Assembly (NCBI RefSeq): GCF_026571515.1
Contig: NW_026855204.1
Coordinates: 248,001-312,000 of the forward strand
Length of the DNA stretch: 64,000 nt
Source: Ruditapes philippinarum
Lineage: Eukaryota
Direction of reading: 5' to 3'
Below the pieces are notes generated by a model. It ran no database searches. It worked only from the letters and a program-made list of their open reading frames with translations, and was not told where the DNA came from. The position numbers and the translations under genes were made by a program. Position 1 is the first letter of the stretch, and each line of letters opens with the position of its first letter. Shown piece by piece: positions 1 to 14,000 of the stretch.

Positions 1-869
1 GGACTTCAATGAAGTAATTCAGGTACAATACCATAGAACAATTTACCTTTATAACTGTCTAAGATAAGCTTAGATGGTCAAAATAGTACGAACATGTTCT
101 TGTGAACATACCCTTGTAAATAAAATGCTATGCATTTAAGTGTCTCAAAATCATCATTATTTGCAGATCTTATACTTGTTAAATCTGTACCAATTGTCTT
201 TCACCTGTAAAAGGTATATAGTGTTTACCCATCGCATAACCCACTCCTAAGTCTTAAATAAGAAAGAATTGTTACAATTATAATACCTAGATTCCATTAT
301 GTAATAATGTTAAACATTGCAATATTCCGCTTAAGATGAAATACATATGATATAACAATAAAGCAAAAAAATGGAGTTTATTTCTAAACATATGAACTTG
401 ATGTTTTACATTTTTTGCACATTTTTATAGTTTAAACAAATCGTTTTCTGTAATGACTACTGGCTTACAATTCAAAACTGAAGAAGGGTTTTGTAGGAAG
501 GTAAGCTTTGACTCAATTTCAGGCTTATATTCTATACTAAAGTAGTGCTTTATTTAACGTAACATTGTCGTCTGCTTGGTTGTCTCTCGTTATATCATTT
601 TATGATTGTGATGATTCATGTGGTATTTAAAGTGTCTAAAGCCACTCATTTTCTCGAACAATAATTCGATAAAATAAAACTGTTTTGTTGCCAATGTTGT
701 TTTTGTTTTTTATATCATAAATTTTTTCCGACCTCTAAAACCAATATGTTGATATACTTCTAATAAATGTTTTCATTCCTTCCATTGAATATATCTTCAA
801 CACCATGACTCAAATGATATAAAGTCCTAATGCCAATGAATATTTGCATATACATGTTATTAAGTTTCT

Positions 870-1448
870 ATTACGTACATTCAAATCATATCCTAACACA
901 TTGCAAATGAAAATATCTCATTAAAATCAATTTCGTAAGCAACTGCAAGCACTTAATGTTATTAAAATTTTATCCCCTCTGAAAGCAATAATACGATCTC
1001 ATTAAAACAGAAGCATTTAAATTATGTCCTAACTGTTTGCAAGAACACAAAATCATTAAAACCATTTCCTCAGTAACTGCAAAAGTACAATCTTGCTAAA
1101 ACCATTTTCTAACTAAAAACCATAAACTTACAGACTACAATAATACAATTTTATTACGATCATGTACTAACTGTCTGCAAGAATACAATATCATTAAAAC
1201 CATTTCCTTTTTGACTGCAGTTATACTAAAAGAAAATCATTGAAATAATTTGTTGACTGCAAGAACACTAACCCATTGAAATCATATGTTATTGTATTCA
1301 TACTAGTATCATAACTAACGGCAAAAATACTTTATCTTTGAAATCTTATTTGACTGCAAGAAGACTATCTGATTGAATTCATATCATAATTGACTAATCC
1401 CGTTCAAATCATATCCTTACTAACTACAAGAATACAATCTCATTAAAA
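870..1448 (+). repeat. Degenerate ~39-bp minisatellite
   Basis: Recurrent ACTGCAAGAATACAATCTCATTAAAA. Confidence 0.7.
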
Positions 1449-2385
1449 TAGAGAAAAGCAAAAACTCTAAAGAAAGCCCGACATGGCAAAATTGAAATGT
1501 TGCAAGGCTCTGTTTGATAAAGACTGTTCATGGACGGTAGTGGAAAATGCAAGCTACCGTCAACGCCCCCATAGTACCAGTTTAAGAAGAATTCAACATT
1601 TTACACGAATCGGAAACAATTTGAATTTTGAAACATCCGCAGATGCGTTCATGTGGCGGTCATATTGGAACCTTCAATGATACACGTCCTGGCCATTCCA
1701 TGAAAAGCGGCATATGGTCCCCAAGTGAAACAATGCATGTGCCCTAAACGGGAAAACAATGGACGTAACTAAATAAAATGGAAATTTGAAAAGGGATCAT
1801 AGAAATCATACCTTTAATAGTATCATTAAAATCATATCTCATAAAAAGTATAACTTAACTTACGTAGCTGATAGAGAATAATGTTAATGAGATTTAAAAA
1901 AAAGTACTATTACATGTAATTAATAGTATAACAATATATACCATAAACAATTGTGCAAAACAATATCAATTACTTAAAAAATGCACAAAGATACTTTCCA
2001 GAAACATTTCACCCAAAAACAAATAACATTAAATTTTGATGCACATATAAATAGAGAAAAACAGAATCCGTAAAGAAAGCCCGACACTGAAAAATTGAAA
2101 ATGTTGCAGGTGCAAGTTTCCATCCACGCCCCCTAGCACCGGCTTAAGCAGAATTCATAATTTGAACACAAAATGGTGAAATTTTGAATTTGGAAACAAA
2201 TGTGTTCATACGGAAGTGGTTACCATGGAACCTTCAATGTGACACAAAAGTGCCATTCCATGAAAAGCGGCGTATGGTCCCATAGTAAAAGAATGCGAGT
2301 GCATGCCCTAAACGGGAAAACAATAGGCGGAACTAAATAAAATTGAATTTTGAAAGGGGATCTGGGTTATGAAGCCTGCATATCA
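1449..2385 (+). repeat. Two copies (1449-1800, 2052-2385) of an unclassified ~350-bp interspersed repeat; further copies at ~19965-20130, 37495-37627(-), 42208-42270(-) and 52490-52857(-)
   Basis: Shared blocks TAGAGAAAA..AAAGAAAGCCCGACA, TTGAAAATGTTGCAGG, GCACCGGCTTAAGCAGAATT, TGCCCTAAACGGGAAAACAAT. Confidence 0.8.
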
Positions 2386-2866
2386 CAGAGACAAATTTTA
2401 AAAGCAGGCAACATATCCTAAGAGTGATTATACAGAATTCAAGTAGGAATACAGGAACCACCCAAGTTGAAAAAAGGCCAAATAGAAGAAACTAAAAATA
2501 CCACATAACATGTAAAAACGCAACAATAATGTCGTGCTGAACGATCTTCAAAAACTCATTTACTATTAAGCTGGGTATCGAAGCACGTCATTTCATTCAA
2601 CTGTGTTAGTTGGAATGAATTAACTTATATTCAGAAAAAAGGTTAGTCGAGAGCTCTAGGAAACTAGACAGTCTCTGTCAGAGGATCATATTTTCCATAA
2701 CAAGCAACCACAAAACAATGAAACCACTATAGCGGTATAATATTCCAACAGACTACGACATTGTAAAAAAAAACATTACATACCACAGTTTAAACGGATA
2801 TTTATTTAAATTTAATGCCAGTCACTTGATGTTATCTTTCTGCTTAAGTGATGATAAGAATTATTC

Positions 2867-3208
2867 TTTTTTTTTTTTTTTTTTTTTTTAATGCGTTTAT
2901 TTAAGGTCGCCGCCGGAAAGCCCATATGGGCGACCGTTCACTCAAGTCGGGTCATCCTAGAGCGTCCCGCCGAGATTTTTCGTCGATTTTTTTTCCCCAG
3001 CTTTATTGGTGGAGGAAGACCCCAGGTGCCCCTCCGGGCATTATTTCAGGCACGAGCGGGCACCTGGGTAGAACCACCGACCTTCCGTAAGCCAGCTGGA
3101 TGGCTTCCTCACATGAAAGATTTCGACCCGAGTGAGGATCGAACCCACAGTGGTGAGGGACCTGTGATCTCAAGTCAGCGACTTTAACCACTCGGCCACG
3201 GAGGCCCC
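2867..3208 (-). mobile_element. Full-length tRNA-derived SINE (tRNA-Ser-like head) with poly(A) tail and TSD
   Basis: Minus strand starts GGGGCCTCCGTGGCCGAGTGG (A box) ... GGTTCGATCC (B box), followed by the central block TGTGAGGAAGCCATCCAGCTGGCTTACGGAAGGTCGGTGG. Poly-T at 2867-2889; TAAGAATTAT flanks both ends (2855-2864, 3209-3218). Confidence 0.88.
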
Positions 3209-4899
3209 TAAGAATTATCCAATCATTTGTTTGAATTATAAAAGGATCCATTTAAAGAATAACACTCCATTTTTATCGTATCGATTTTTACAAAGAAAAG
3301 CAACAAATCTTCATTATATGCAATGTTTATACGAACTTTATCAGTATTTACTTACTCAATGACACAGACGATTATGCAACGTGCAGTTTAAATCACTTTT
3401 ATTTGATTTTTTTTCTAGTTTGAAAAAAAAATCGAAGATAAAAATGCATTTCCTTTTCAGACTGAGGTATATCTTTTTTGTCACTACAATAAATAATTAA
3501 ACTGCTGAAATAAGTCAATATATAAAAGTCGGTAAAAAGGGGACCCACAACGATGCGCAGCTTCCTTTAAAGCATATATAGCTAGCATATGGCATCTTGT
3601 AGGGTTTGAAATTTCTTAGAGTATGACATTTTTTTCTAGAGTGCGACATTGTCTAGATTACGACATTCCCGAGAGTATGTCCAGGTCAGAACGACTTTGC
3701 CAAAGAATGACATTGCCTATAGTATAACAATTTCTAGTTTATGTAAGGTATGGAAAACAACAATGTTTTAGAAAACGATATGACATTCTGTACGTTGTTG
3801 ACAAGAAAGCAGATAACATAGGGTATATAGTAAAGAACAAACAGGCTATCAAAAGACAAGAGCACATCAGCCTTAGGACATTGTGATGCCCACTTAATAA
3901 AACCTTAAATTCTTGCAATCGACTTTGCTGCTCTGTCACTATCTCTAATAATTTGATTTGGTATATCTATTATATCATCATCGAAAACTTTTCCATTATA
4001 TTAATCAAAACATGACAAAATTACCAAAAATTCAAACACAAACAAATTTACATACAACAATAAGAAAACATTTTTCCTCATCTAAAATTTCAGTTACTGT
4101 AGATAATCATTAATGTTTTCCTTATACTGTAACAAACCATTAATGTCGTTTACTTTATCAAGTTATAGGCAATAAATAAGTAATATTACGTGACAAGAAG
4201 CAGATCGGCAACCCATTTTATATAAACTTAAATACTGACTTGAAACTCAAACGCAATAGGGTATGAATTAAAACGAGAATGATATACTTTAAAAACGGTC
4301 CAGTCAAATTTATTACATTTTCACTTCATTAGCTTGTAATCATAGAGTGTAAAGATTGTCATGGTCCTCTGGTTGAAAACAAACTTTCCATTCATTTCAA
4401 CATTTTATCGCGATGTTTAAATTGCACATTTCTACCCATTAAATAGTTGTAAATAATTTAGGTCATTTAAATCTCTTAAACGTATTAATGACCGCTTGAT
4501 GTTTACCCGAGAAATCACCTATTGTTAATTGTTATGAAATTTCGACACTGTGCGATGGCGAATAAAAGTTGGTGAAGTATCGTTTACTTACGTTTTTATA
4601 TCGTTTTACTTAAATAAGACAAAGATATAGCTCAGCAGTTCAGGACAGATAAGTGGTATCTCGTAAATTTGAAATAAATATGTACACAAAGATTTGATTT
4701 TGTTACAATATCCACCGATATAAGTGTTGGCAATTGATTGAAATCGCGATGAACGGTAGCTAAGAAATCTAATTTAAACATTTTATACAACATACAGTAG
4801 GCACTGAAATCAATGGTGTGAATTGAAAAAAAAGGAAAATGGAAATAAAGTGTTAGAAATATGATCGAAAGACGAGTTCTGTAACTACAGGATCATGTT

Positions 4900-5049
4900 T
4901 GAGATAATTATTTAAAATGGCGACTGAGATATTTATTCAAAATGGCGTCTGAGATAATTATTCAAAATGGCGTCTGAGATAATTATTTTAAATGGCGTCT
5001 GAGATTATTATTTAAAATGGCGTCTGAGATTAGTTTTTAAAATGGCGTC
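4900..5049 (+). repeat. 6 x 25-bp tandem repeat containing AAAATGGCG; the last unit provides the gene start codon
   Basis: ATG at 4917, 4942, 4967, 4992, 5017 and 5042 (exact 25-bp period). Confidence 0.92.
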
Positions 5050-8000
5050 AGGTGTGACAGGAAATGATGGAAAACTTTTAGAGGCGGCAAGAAGGTGTGA
5101 TGGCAGGATGCTGGAGTCTATCATTAGAGAAGGAAAAGCGAATCTAAATGCTGTGGACAAGGTAGTAAAAGATTTGTAATTCATTCATATATTTTTTGAA
5201 TATTTATTTTAGATAATTGTCTTTTTTTAAGATATACTATGCTCAACCTTGAGTAAAAAAATTTTATCACAGAAATTTATTGGAATCTATGAAATTCGTA
5301 TTGAATATGTCTAGTTTGAATAAAAGAATGTCTTGAATAAACTAGGTATGGGAAGCTGTTTTCCTTAATACAGGTCAAGTAAAGTTAGTCGTTTCTTTAA
5401 AAAGACTGCCAGTTTTTTTAATGACACTGTATATTCATTTTGGTTTAAACATATTTATTTTTATCAAGTTACAATACTACACATCAAACACAAAATTTAG
5501 ACAAAATCATGAAAAGTGGATTGAACTGGAAGCTCAAAGCTTATTGTAATTCGCTCCACAAGTAAGGTAAATTTGTATTTTAAAAATATGATAAATTTGC
5601 TTATTTCATAATTCATTATTTTCATATTTTTTATATTTTATTTTAGATAATTGGCTTTTTTTTTAAAGATTGCATTCCATATTGAAAAATTGCACTGAGT
5701 GTTTCATACGTTAAAAAGTTAACGAAAATGTATGGAAGTATTTGCTGTGAGTTTGAAACAAGCAAGATAAATTTGTATTTTAGACAGGTTGCACGGCGTT
5801 ACACCTTTGCTGTAAATCCGCCGATCTAGCTTCGCTTGCACTCCTTCTAGAACACGGGGCCCGGACGAATATCTTTGATAACGTGAGTGACTAGAATATA
5901 TATTATATATAGTTTAAGTGTTTTTCATGTACATGTAAATGGTGAAACTCAAATAAACTAATAACAATCATCAAAATAAAATATTGCAATACAATTTGTT
6001 ATATTTATATTAGTTTAATAATTACTAGTATTCATGTTAGCTTGTAGTTTATTTGAACAACTATCATGTTTATTTTCCTGGAAATGACATTACTGGTGTC
6101 ATATGTGGGTGTCATATAAGTTTGTCATATGCGGGTGTAATATGTGGGTGTAATAAAAAGGTGTCATATATGGGTGTCATATTAGGTTTTCATATATGGG
6201 TGACATATAAGGTTTTCATATATGGATGACATATAAGGATGTCATATGTGAGTGTCATTTATGGAAGCATTTTCATCATCTCCACAATAACAAGAATGAG
6301 AGGCAGACACCGCTACCACTATGTCACCGCACCGCTTAGCATTTCTTATATTCGTTGAAAAATAGATATGCATTCAGAGATATGTCGTTTTTTATTGATC
6401 TGATTTTCATTAAGTATAGTTTAAGTAGATTTAAATCATAGACATGTATCTTTTTCTTATCTTAAAACACAATTCAATTTTATCATGTTATATATCTTTA
6501 ACTGACAGGCGTAAGATTTAAGTTAACATACCCTGTACTATTGATAAGATGCCAAATGGATGTAAATAGAAAACAACACTGCAAAATATTTAATGTATCC
6601 ATGAAATTGTCATTTGTTTTACCTTATCGTTTGGTATACTCGTGATATTTTTCCAATTTTTAACCCTAACCCTTTTGGCCCGGAAGCGATTAGACCTCGT
6701 CGCCTTTATAGAGCCAGGCTAACCAGCACATGCGTGCAGGATGAAAAGTTGACAAGGTTCTTTAGGCTACTGTCGGTGGCTCAATTTTTGTATTTTATTG
6801 ATGAATCTCTTTAAAATTCAAATGGACTGTTACAATATCAAACCAAGACAAATCCATTTCACGAATTCAGCAGGGTAAGGGTCAATGAATGCTGTAAATC
6901 CGAAATAAAACGTAAAATGTTAATATATAAAACTTATAACATATATAATAAGATATTAAACTTTGAACAAATTGGCATACCATATTGCAATATAATATAT
7001 ACTACAATAATTTCAGTTTGGAATGGCCCCTATCCACTATGCTGCCGTTAAGGACTATATAGAAACAATGGCTGTGCTTGTCGCATATGGTGCTGATGTA
7101 AATATACAAAATGCAGTAAGTTTATTTTTTATATAGAAATATGCATAATTAAAATGTAAATGTTATAAATGAGATGCATGTAGGAATGACGCTATCTACG
7201 TTAAGGCAATGTTTGAAGAAAAAAGTTGATTTTTTTTATTCCAATTTATACATGACAGAAGTAATATTTTGTCGTTTAAAGAATTAAACATTAAAATAAT
7301 AAAAAATCTCAAATACACAAATCTCATGTAATTAGGAAAATAATTTTTATGTTTTATTTTCAACTTTCAAAACACCCATGTTCAAACCATTCTTTAAGTA
7401 TTTTTATGTACCGTCCATGAACAGACTCAATCAAATTTTCAATTTTGCCGTTTTAGGCATTTTTAGGGATTCTTTTTTTTTTCTCTATTTCTATATTGAA
7501 AATTCATTTTCGATGTTGACAAACTTTTCTTTATTCTTTCGTTTCCAAATTCTTTTTAATATATTTGATAAAATAAGTTAGAATGCATGTTTCCCTTGTA
7601 AATTATAAAGCTTGCATTAGCATACATTTATATATAATTTTGTGCAGGATACGAGGCTAACGCCACTGCAAATTGCATCTCGGAGTAAAAATAAGAGATC
7701 GATCAAATTCCTATTGTACTGTGGCGTTGACACAACCAAAAACGACCAGGTAACAATAAAATACAATCATTTAATGTAGCTAGGATGGTATTCGATAACG
7801 ACTTTAAACGTTAATGCACTTAAATTGATTTATAATATGCTCTATATTCTTCAAGTACAATCTCATTATGTTTCCCGCGATGAGGAATATTTCTTTATCG
7901 TACAGGCACTTGAAAAAGATGTCGATTTTAAATAAAGCATAAGGTGTTTCTAAAAATTAAAATCTTGTTGATAGTCAATGCTTTGATGTGCTCATTGTAT

Positions 8001-11000
8001 TCACCTTCTGTTGCAAAGAAATGAGTCAATGTAGACTGACATGATTTCTCTGTGAAAACATAAATCCTTTGTCACAAAGACTCCAGTTTTAAAATAAAGC
8101 TCACCAAATTATTACTGAATGTTTTCTATATCATTCTTGCGCATATTTTGTTTTTATTTATAAAAAGTAAACAACACTGACATTGTACTGACCGTAGACC
8201 TTATGTTTATGTCTTTGGTGAAATAATACCAGAGGAAGCAAAATGATAATTTAATCATTAGAGAGTAAAATCGTCATGTTATAACTTAAATGGTGTCAGT
8301 AACAGCTTTTACAGCATATATAATTGGAATCAAACGTTACTTGAATTGTAAAATGACCTCTTTTATATTTTTATACAGAAGTCTGATAATGTAGCAGAAA
8401 CGGTTCTAACAAAAGAAGAAAGCCAGCTCTGTGACGTTGTGAGGGCTGCCTTGAAAGAAGGGCAAGATTGTTTCAAATATAAAAAATAATAGCATAATAA
8501 AGTAAACGAATCAATATAGATTAAAATATAATCAAAGAATTTTTTTCAGCATTTGCCAACAAATCATATACATGTATTGTAATGTAAGTTAAATGTATTT
8601 AAAGTATCTACAGCAATATAATTTGTGTCACACTGTTTGAGGTAGGTCTGAGATTCAGCCGTCTCTATTTCATTTAAAGAACCTTCATAGCCACTAAACC
8701 ACACTCGTGGCCAAAAACTTTTGTAGATACAAATGTATTATATTACTTGCAATATCGCTTATATAACATTTGCATTAATTTCTTAAATACAAATATATTA
8801 AGATATTGTATGATCATTGATGCCATTAAGAAAACCACTTTGTTATAGCATTTGTATATTTTCGTTTTCCCTTATATATTTAATTATTTCAGAAATATAA
8901 AGATATTCGGGAAAATGATCAACAGCTATCAAAGACAAAGTTTCAAATCTGTATGTGTAACGATAGCAAACACAAGCACCAAGTCTAAGCAGTTCTCTCT
9001 GTTCTGTCGGAAAATAATTGTCAACAAAAGTACCCAGGCTATTGTTGCGAAATGTGGGGTTATGACTTACCTTAAAGAAGACATGGAATTGATCAGTGAT
9101 ATATATGAGTACCTTGTAAATCAAAATGTTGAAGAAGTTGGGATTACAGTGCCAGTGTATACAACATGCTCTCGATTTGATACTGTTTATATAATTGATA
9201 GCACAGGGTCAATGTTCAAATGTTCGGATATTTCAGAGGTTGATAAGGTGAGATTAATAAATTAAATAAATTTATCTCACAATGAAAGTTAAATTTATAT
9301 TAAAATAAAAACAATGCATATACAAAATTCAGAAAGCCTTTTAGGAAATTCAGTTTAGAATTTAAAATTGTTATGCTCCCAAAAGTACGCGCAAAGTCGT
9401 GTGCTGGTTTTAACCTCATTTCAAAGTAGTTATATTTTCTGGTCCCTCGGGATAATTGAGTCAAATGAGAGATGTTGCATTTTACCTGGAACAGAAGATA
9501 ACTGATATATTCTGTGTTAGATTTTACATTATCTCTTAATACCAATTTCTTATGTTAACAATTATAGTCTTATGCCCAGTAATGTGTCAATATGCCGTTA
9601 AACCCAAACAAACAAACATTACTTAAACAAAACAATTCTACGATTTTCAATTTTTTTATTTTGTCTTCATTCTTCTCGAGTGGTCTCCCCTTTTTAGATT
9701 GGTTTTACTCACACTTTCTCCGAATGATTTGATGATAATGAATTCTTATTTTTACAGGTTATTTACTATTCTTCATGCATGAACTTGAGGGCATATGAAA
9801 ATAATATCTACTCATTTGCGGTGGTCATGGAAACAAAATATGACACATTTACGGTAACTGGAATGGCTGAAACATTGACGTCATCAGTAGAAAACGAATT
9901 CAAAGTACAATTGCCGAACACATGTTTACCGAAAAATACTCGGTTGTCTTTGAAAGTGAGTTTATAATCAACATATATTAAATTTTAAACGATATAACAT
10001 TATTATTATGCAATTACTGACTAGCGAGCCATTGAATATGATGTGATATGACAGATGACATATTAACCAAGTCGATACCCGGTGATTATGATTTTGACCA
10101 ATGGGATTGCATCTTTATTTAGATTTAATATAATAATGTAATTTATCCGGCTTTATTCCTCTGATATTTAAGAACCCAAAGGAGGCAGAAAGACAATCTA
10201 CAGAGATAATATAATGTACATACATGTACTTAAATGTAAATGAAAGTGAACCATATATTTCTTATTTTTTTTCTTTCCTGTTAAATAATATTTAGTTTAA
10301 GTAGTACGACGTATTGCCATGGTAAAAAATGTACCAAATAAATGATACAAATTAAATTACCAGAATCTGTTTAAAGGTTATTCCAACAGAAGAATACCAA
10401 TCGACATTGAATTCAGAGCTTATCAAATCTACATCAAACTTCTGTGAGGTAAAAATAAATCAGAAGAATAGAAGGGCACTTGCTATTTCATTACCTGTAC
10501 CACGTGGTGTTGAGGAAAGCACGGCAGAAGATACAGATGTTACAGTTTTTCATTATGATGAAGAGACGCAGACGCCATCTGAGTGGAGAGAAGTAGAGTC
10601 TGTGTGGAGACCAGGGTCTAGTCATGTTACAGTTACAGATACGTCCATTAGCTCCGGAACGTATGTTTATTCATTGATACAAATCATCAATATAGCAATT
10701 ATCACACGTAAAGAAACTCATTAACTTATATTATACTGATAAAACCATCGTATCTACAAGCTTTTTAAACCATTTTTATGTTTTAATGTTCAATTTTGCT
10801 TAAGCTTGCTTTATCCGCTGTTGTTCTCAAACCGTACATGTAATATTTTAGATTTTGGTAGACCTTCCGGGTTTGCATTTTTATCATTTATGTTTCTCAA
10901 AATTCATGGATTTTGTTTCGTTACAGGTGTATTGTCACTGAAGTTCGGAAGAATAGGGAGATTAATGTTCTGTCTAGAATCAAAGAATTCGTTATGTGGC

Positions 11001-14000
11001 TATATAACACCGCTCTTAAGAGAAAAGCCTATGTGTGCTTTTTTGCAATGACAAAACACTGTTCAGGAGAAACGTTTAGACTTTTAGTTGGACTCAGCGA
11101 TACAAAAATTGCTAATGACCATATGAAAACACTGGAGAAAGAGAAATATGTTACCGAATTTTCGCAGAAAACTTCAAATTATTTGGTTAAACCTGGAACG
11201 AGATTCTGTGCATGTTGGAAATTCAACTCTGAAAGTGCCGTATCTTCTGAAGAACTATCTCTAACTTATCATAGAGACACGCCTTCTTATCAAGATTTCA
11301 TTATATCCGGAAAGGAACATGATTTTCTGCAAGTGACGATTAGTGTGTGCAATAACAAAATAAGTGTAGGAAACGACATAGAGACTCGCATTCTTACCAA
11401 AATAAACGTAGAGCTTCTTCTGCAACGGAATGATAATAAAAAGCACGGTTCAAGTCTTGAATTTACAGGTAAAGCCTATATGAAACCCAGCATCGTAGAT
11501 CATTTAGATAAGTTAATTTTGATAAGTATTGTTGATCGTTTTTGTTGTCGTCATAATCATTTCGTTTAGACTATCATAATGTTTATTATTTAAAGGAAAA
11601 GGGTTATCTATCATTTTCCCTACTTCATATGAACGCGTAACATAAAATCATCTTGACAAGCAAAGGAAACTAAATTACAAGGTTAATAGTTGTTTTGTAG
11701 CAATCATGATTTCTAGACAGACAATCACATTAATGAAATATGTATTGATACCTTTCGAAAATGAAAACAATTCGTTTTTAAACGAGACAGTAAAGTTAGG
11801 TAATGAGTAAGCATTTATTTTACAGAATATCCAGATAATAGGTTTTTATCTTGGCTGGCACAAGAAATAGGACACGAGTGGATGATGATAGGGATTGGTC
11901 TCGGTCTGAAGTCCAGCTATCTAGAGAGCATTGAACGAGACAATTCTCCGACAAGAGCAAATCTCACGGTAAAAAAATACAGCACAAATAGAAAAGCACA
12001 TACACCTGCTTATTAATCCGTAATATATTCTATTCAAAATTATTGAAGTGTACTTCAGCCGGTGCTACAAGGTGGGGTAGACGGTAGCTTACATGGTATA
12101 TAGCATTGTATTTAGCAATAGATAGTGCTCTTTTATTTTAATATCTGCTTTGAAAACAATGGACAAATGAACATCTTTATTTAGAACATATTTTGAAAAT
12201 CATATTTTTGTATATTCAACAATTTAACATGTGGAAAGTCTTAAAATACTTTATCATGACAAATTTTGAACCCACTATTTTTAAACGAATGTTGAACCAT
12301 ACAAAAAAAACATGTATAATTAATTTTGTTTAATTTGAAACAACTTAAGCGTTATATCTGTTGTTCATTATCAGTTTCTACATTTATTGTTTCTTTTACA
12401 AATATATATTATTTAGTCCACTCATAAATAAGCTTTATAAAACAATTGATATTACACTTTATGATGCCCCTGTGCATTGTTTATAGCTGATACTAAATGA
12501 AAACCTTAAACTTAAGCAGTGAGTATCGTCATAACAAACAGATCCTTTAAAAGTACAGAATATTTGCATGCCACATCAAAAATAATACACGGAAATTGAT
12601 TAGCGTCTTTAATATTTCGGAATGTCGCAGGTGACACATTTTAGAAAATTTGCAAAATTATAGTGAAAAATTAAATAGTTTTCCTGTAAACTTATATTAC
12701 CCTTTACTTGATTTATTTTTACAGGATACATTTTATTGCCCAAAAACGTTAATGAAATGGTAAATATTAATAAACCAAACAATAAGACATAATGTCTCTA
12801 ATGATGTTTTAATTGGTAAATAACATTTAGCATATATTAACTGTCACTTTTGCATTTTAAACTATGTGTCAATCGTAATGTGTTCTATTTTATCTCAATT
12901 ATTTATTAATTATTCAATTATGAAACAGTAATTTCTTTATACTTCTATCGCGACTTTATATTATTACATCATTATTATAATTCAAATGAATAATTCACCT
13001 GCATTTTTGTTTGAAATTTACAGATGCTTTACACATGGCGAATAGATCAGAATGAGAAAGATGATATTGGGTTGACAGTTTTGTTACAAAGTTTAACACT
13101 CGTACAAAGAAAAGATCTGGTGGCGAAGATCAACTCAGATGTCCAAGATTTGTAAATAATTACTTACATTTATTTTATATTCAAAACACAATTCAAGATA
13201 TAACCAATGATTGAAATAGCAGAAGGCTGTTTGTGTCTTATGTATAAAACGCAATGTATAGTAACTAGTATTTAATTCCCTTACCGGCCCTTTTAGTTCT
13301 TATCATTTCACTTCTTACATGTCCCTCCCCTTCGTTCACTACTCTTGTGCCCTCTCCCGTTTTTGGTTCGGTGCCTTCTGGGTGCTCTGATGTTGTGGCT
13401 AGGGTTGCGTTCTGTGAACGTCGCCTTGCCTTGTTGATCTTTTTTCTCGTTCTTTTAAAGCGGGACAAAGAAAACAAAATATTATTATACTGGAAGTATA
13501 AATTTCACAAGTCATTTTTGAAATTTCTTTTAAGATAAAATGTTTAGGTTTCTATAACACTGCAGTTTTAACTGATAAATAGCTGATTTATTTTAGAGTT
13601 CTTTATAATTACTGGAAGACTTTAAAACCAGATCTTAACATAAAATAGGTTTTAACTTTTATGTTATGACTGCGAAGGAAGGTACTATCATTTTTATGTG
13701 CACGTGTAGGTTGACCAGAAAACCCAATGAACGGGTATGTAGATGGGTTAGAAAGCTGTCGACTCCAGCAGATGTGATGAAAGCAGAAGCAGCGGATGTG
13801 ACGTCAGCAGATGCAGATGAAGAATTAGATGACGTAGATGGCGTTACTCCTATAACTGATACGGCGTCTGTCTGCAAGGACTCTCATAGTGATCGTTTGT
13901 GTATCAGTTGCCTTACTGAACCGGAACAAGGTTTTGTATTCCTATAATTTATTAGACAACTTTATGTCTTTAACATCTAACTTATTCGGACTCTGATTGC

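Noticed and set aside
3125-3208. tRNA-Ser gene
   Set aside because: It continues into a SINE body, poly(A) and TSD, and the acceptor stem does not close.
2891-3251. ORFs of 98 and 82 aa (and the similar 24083-24277 ORF)
   Set aside because: They lie within SINE sequence.
4900-5049. CRISPR-like array
   Set aside because: Head-to-tail repeats without unique spacers, in a eukaryotic context with no cas genes.
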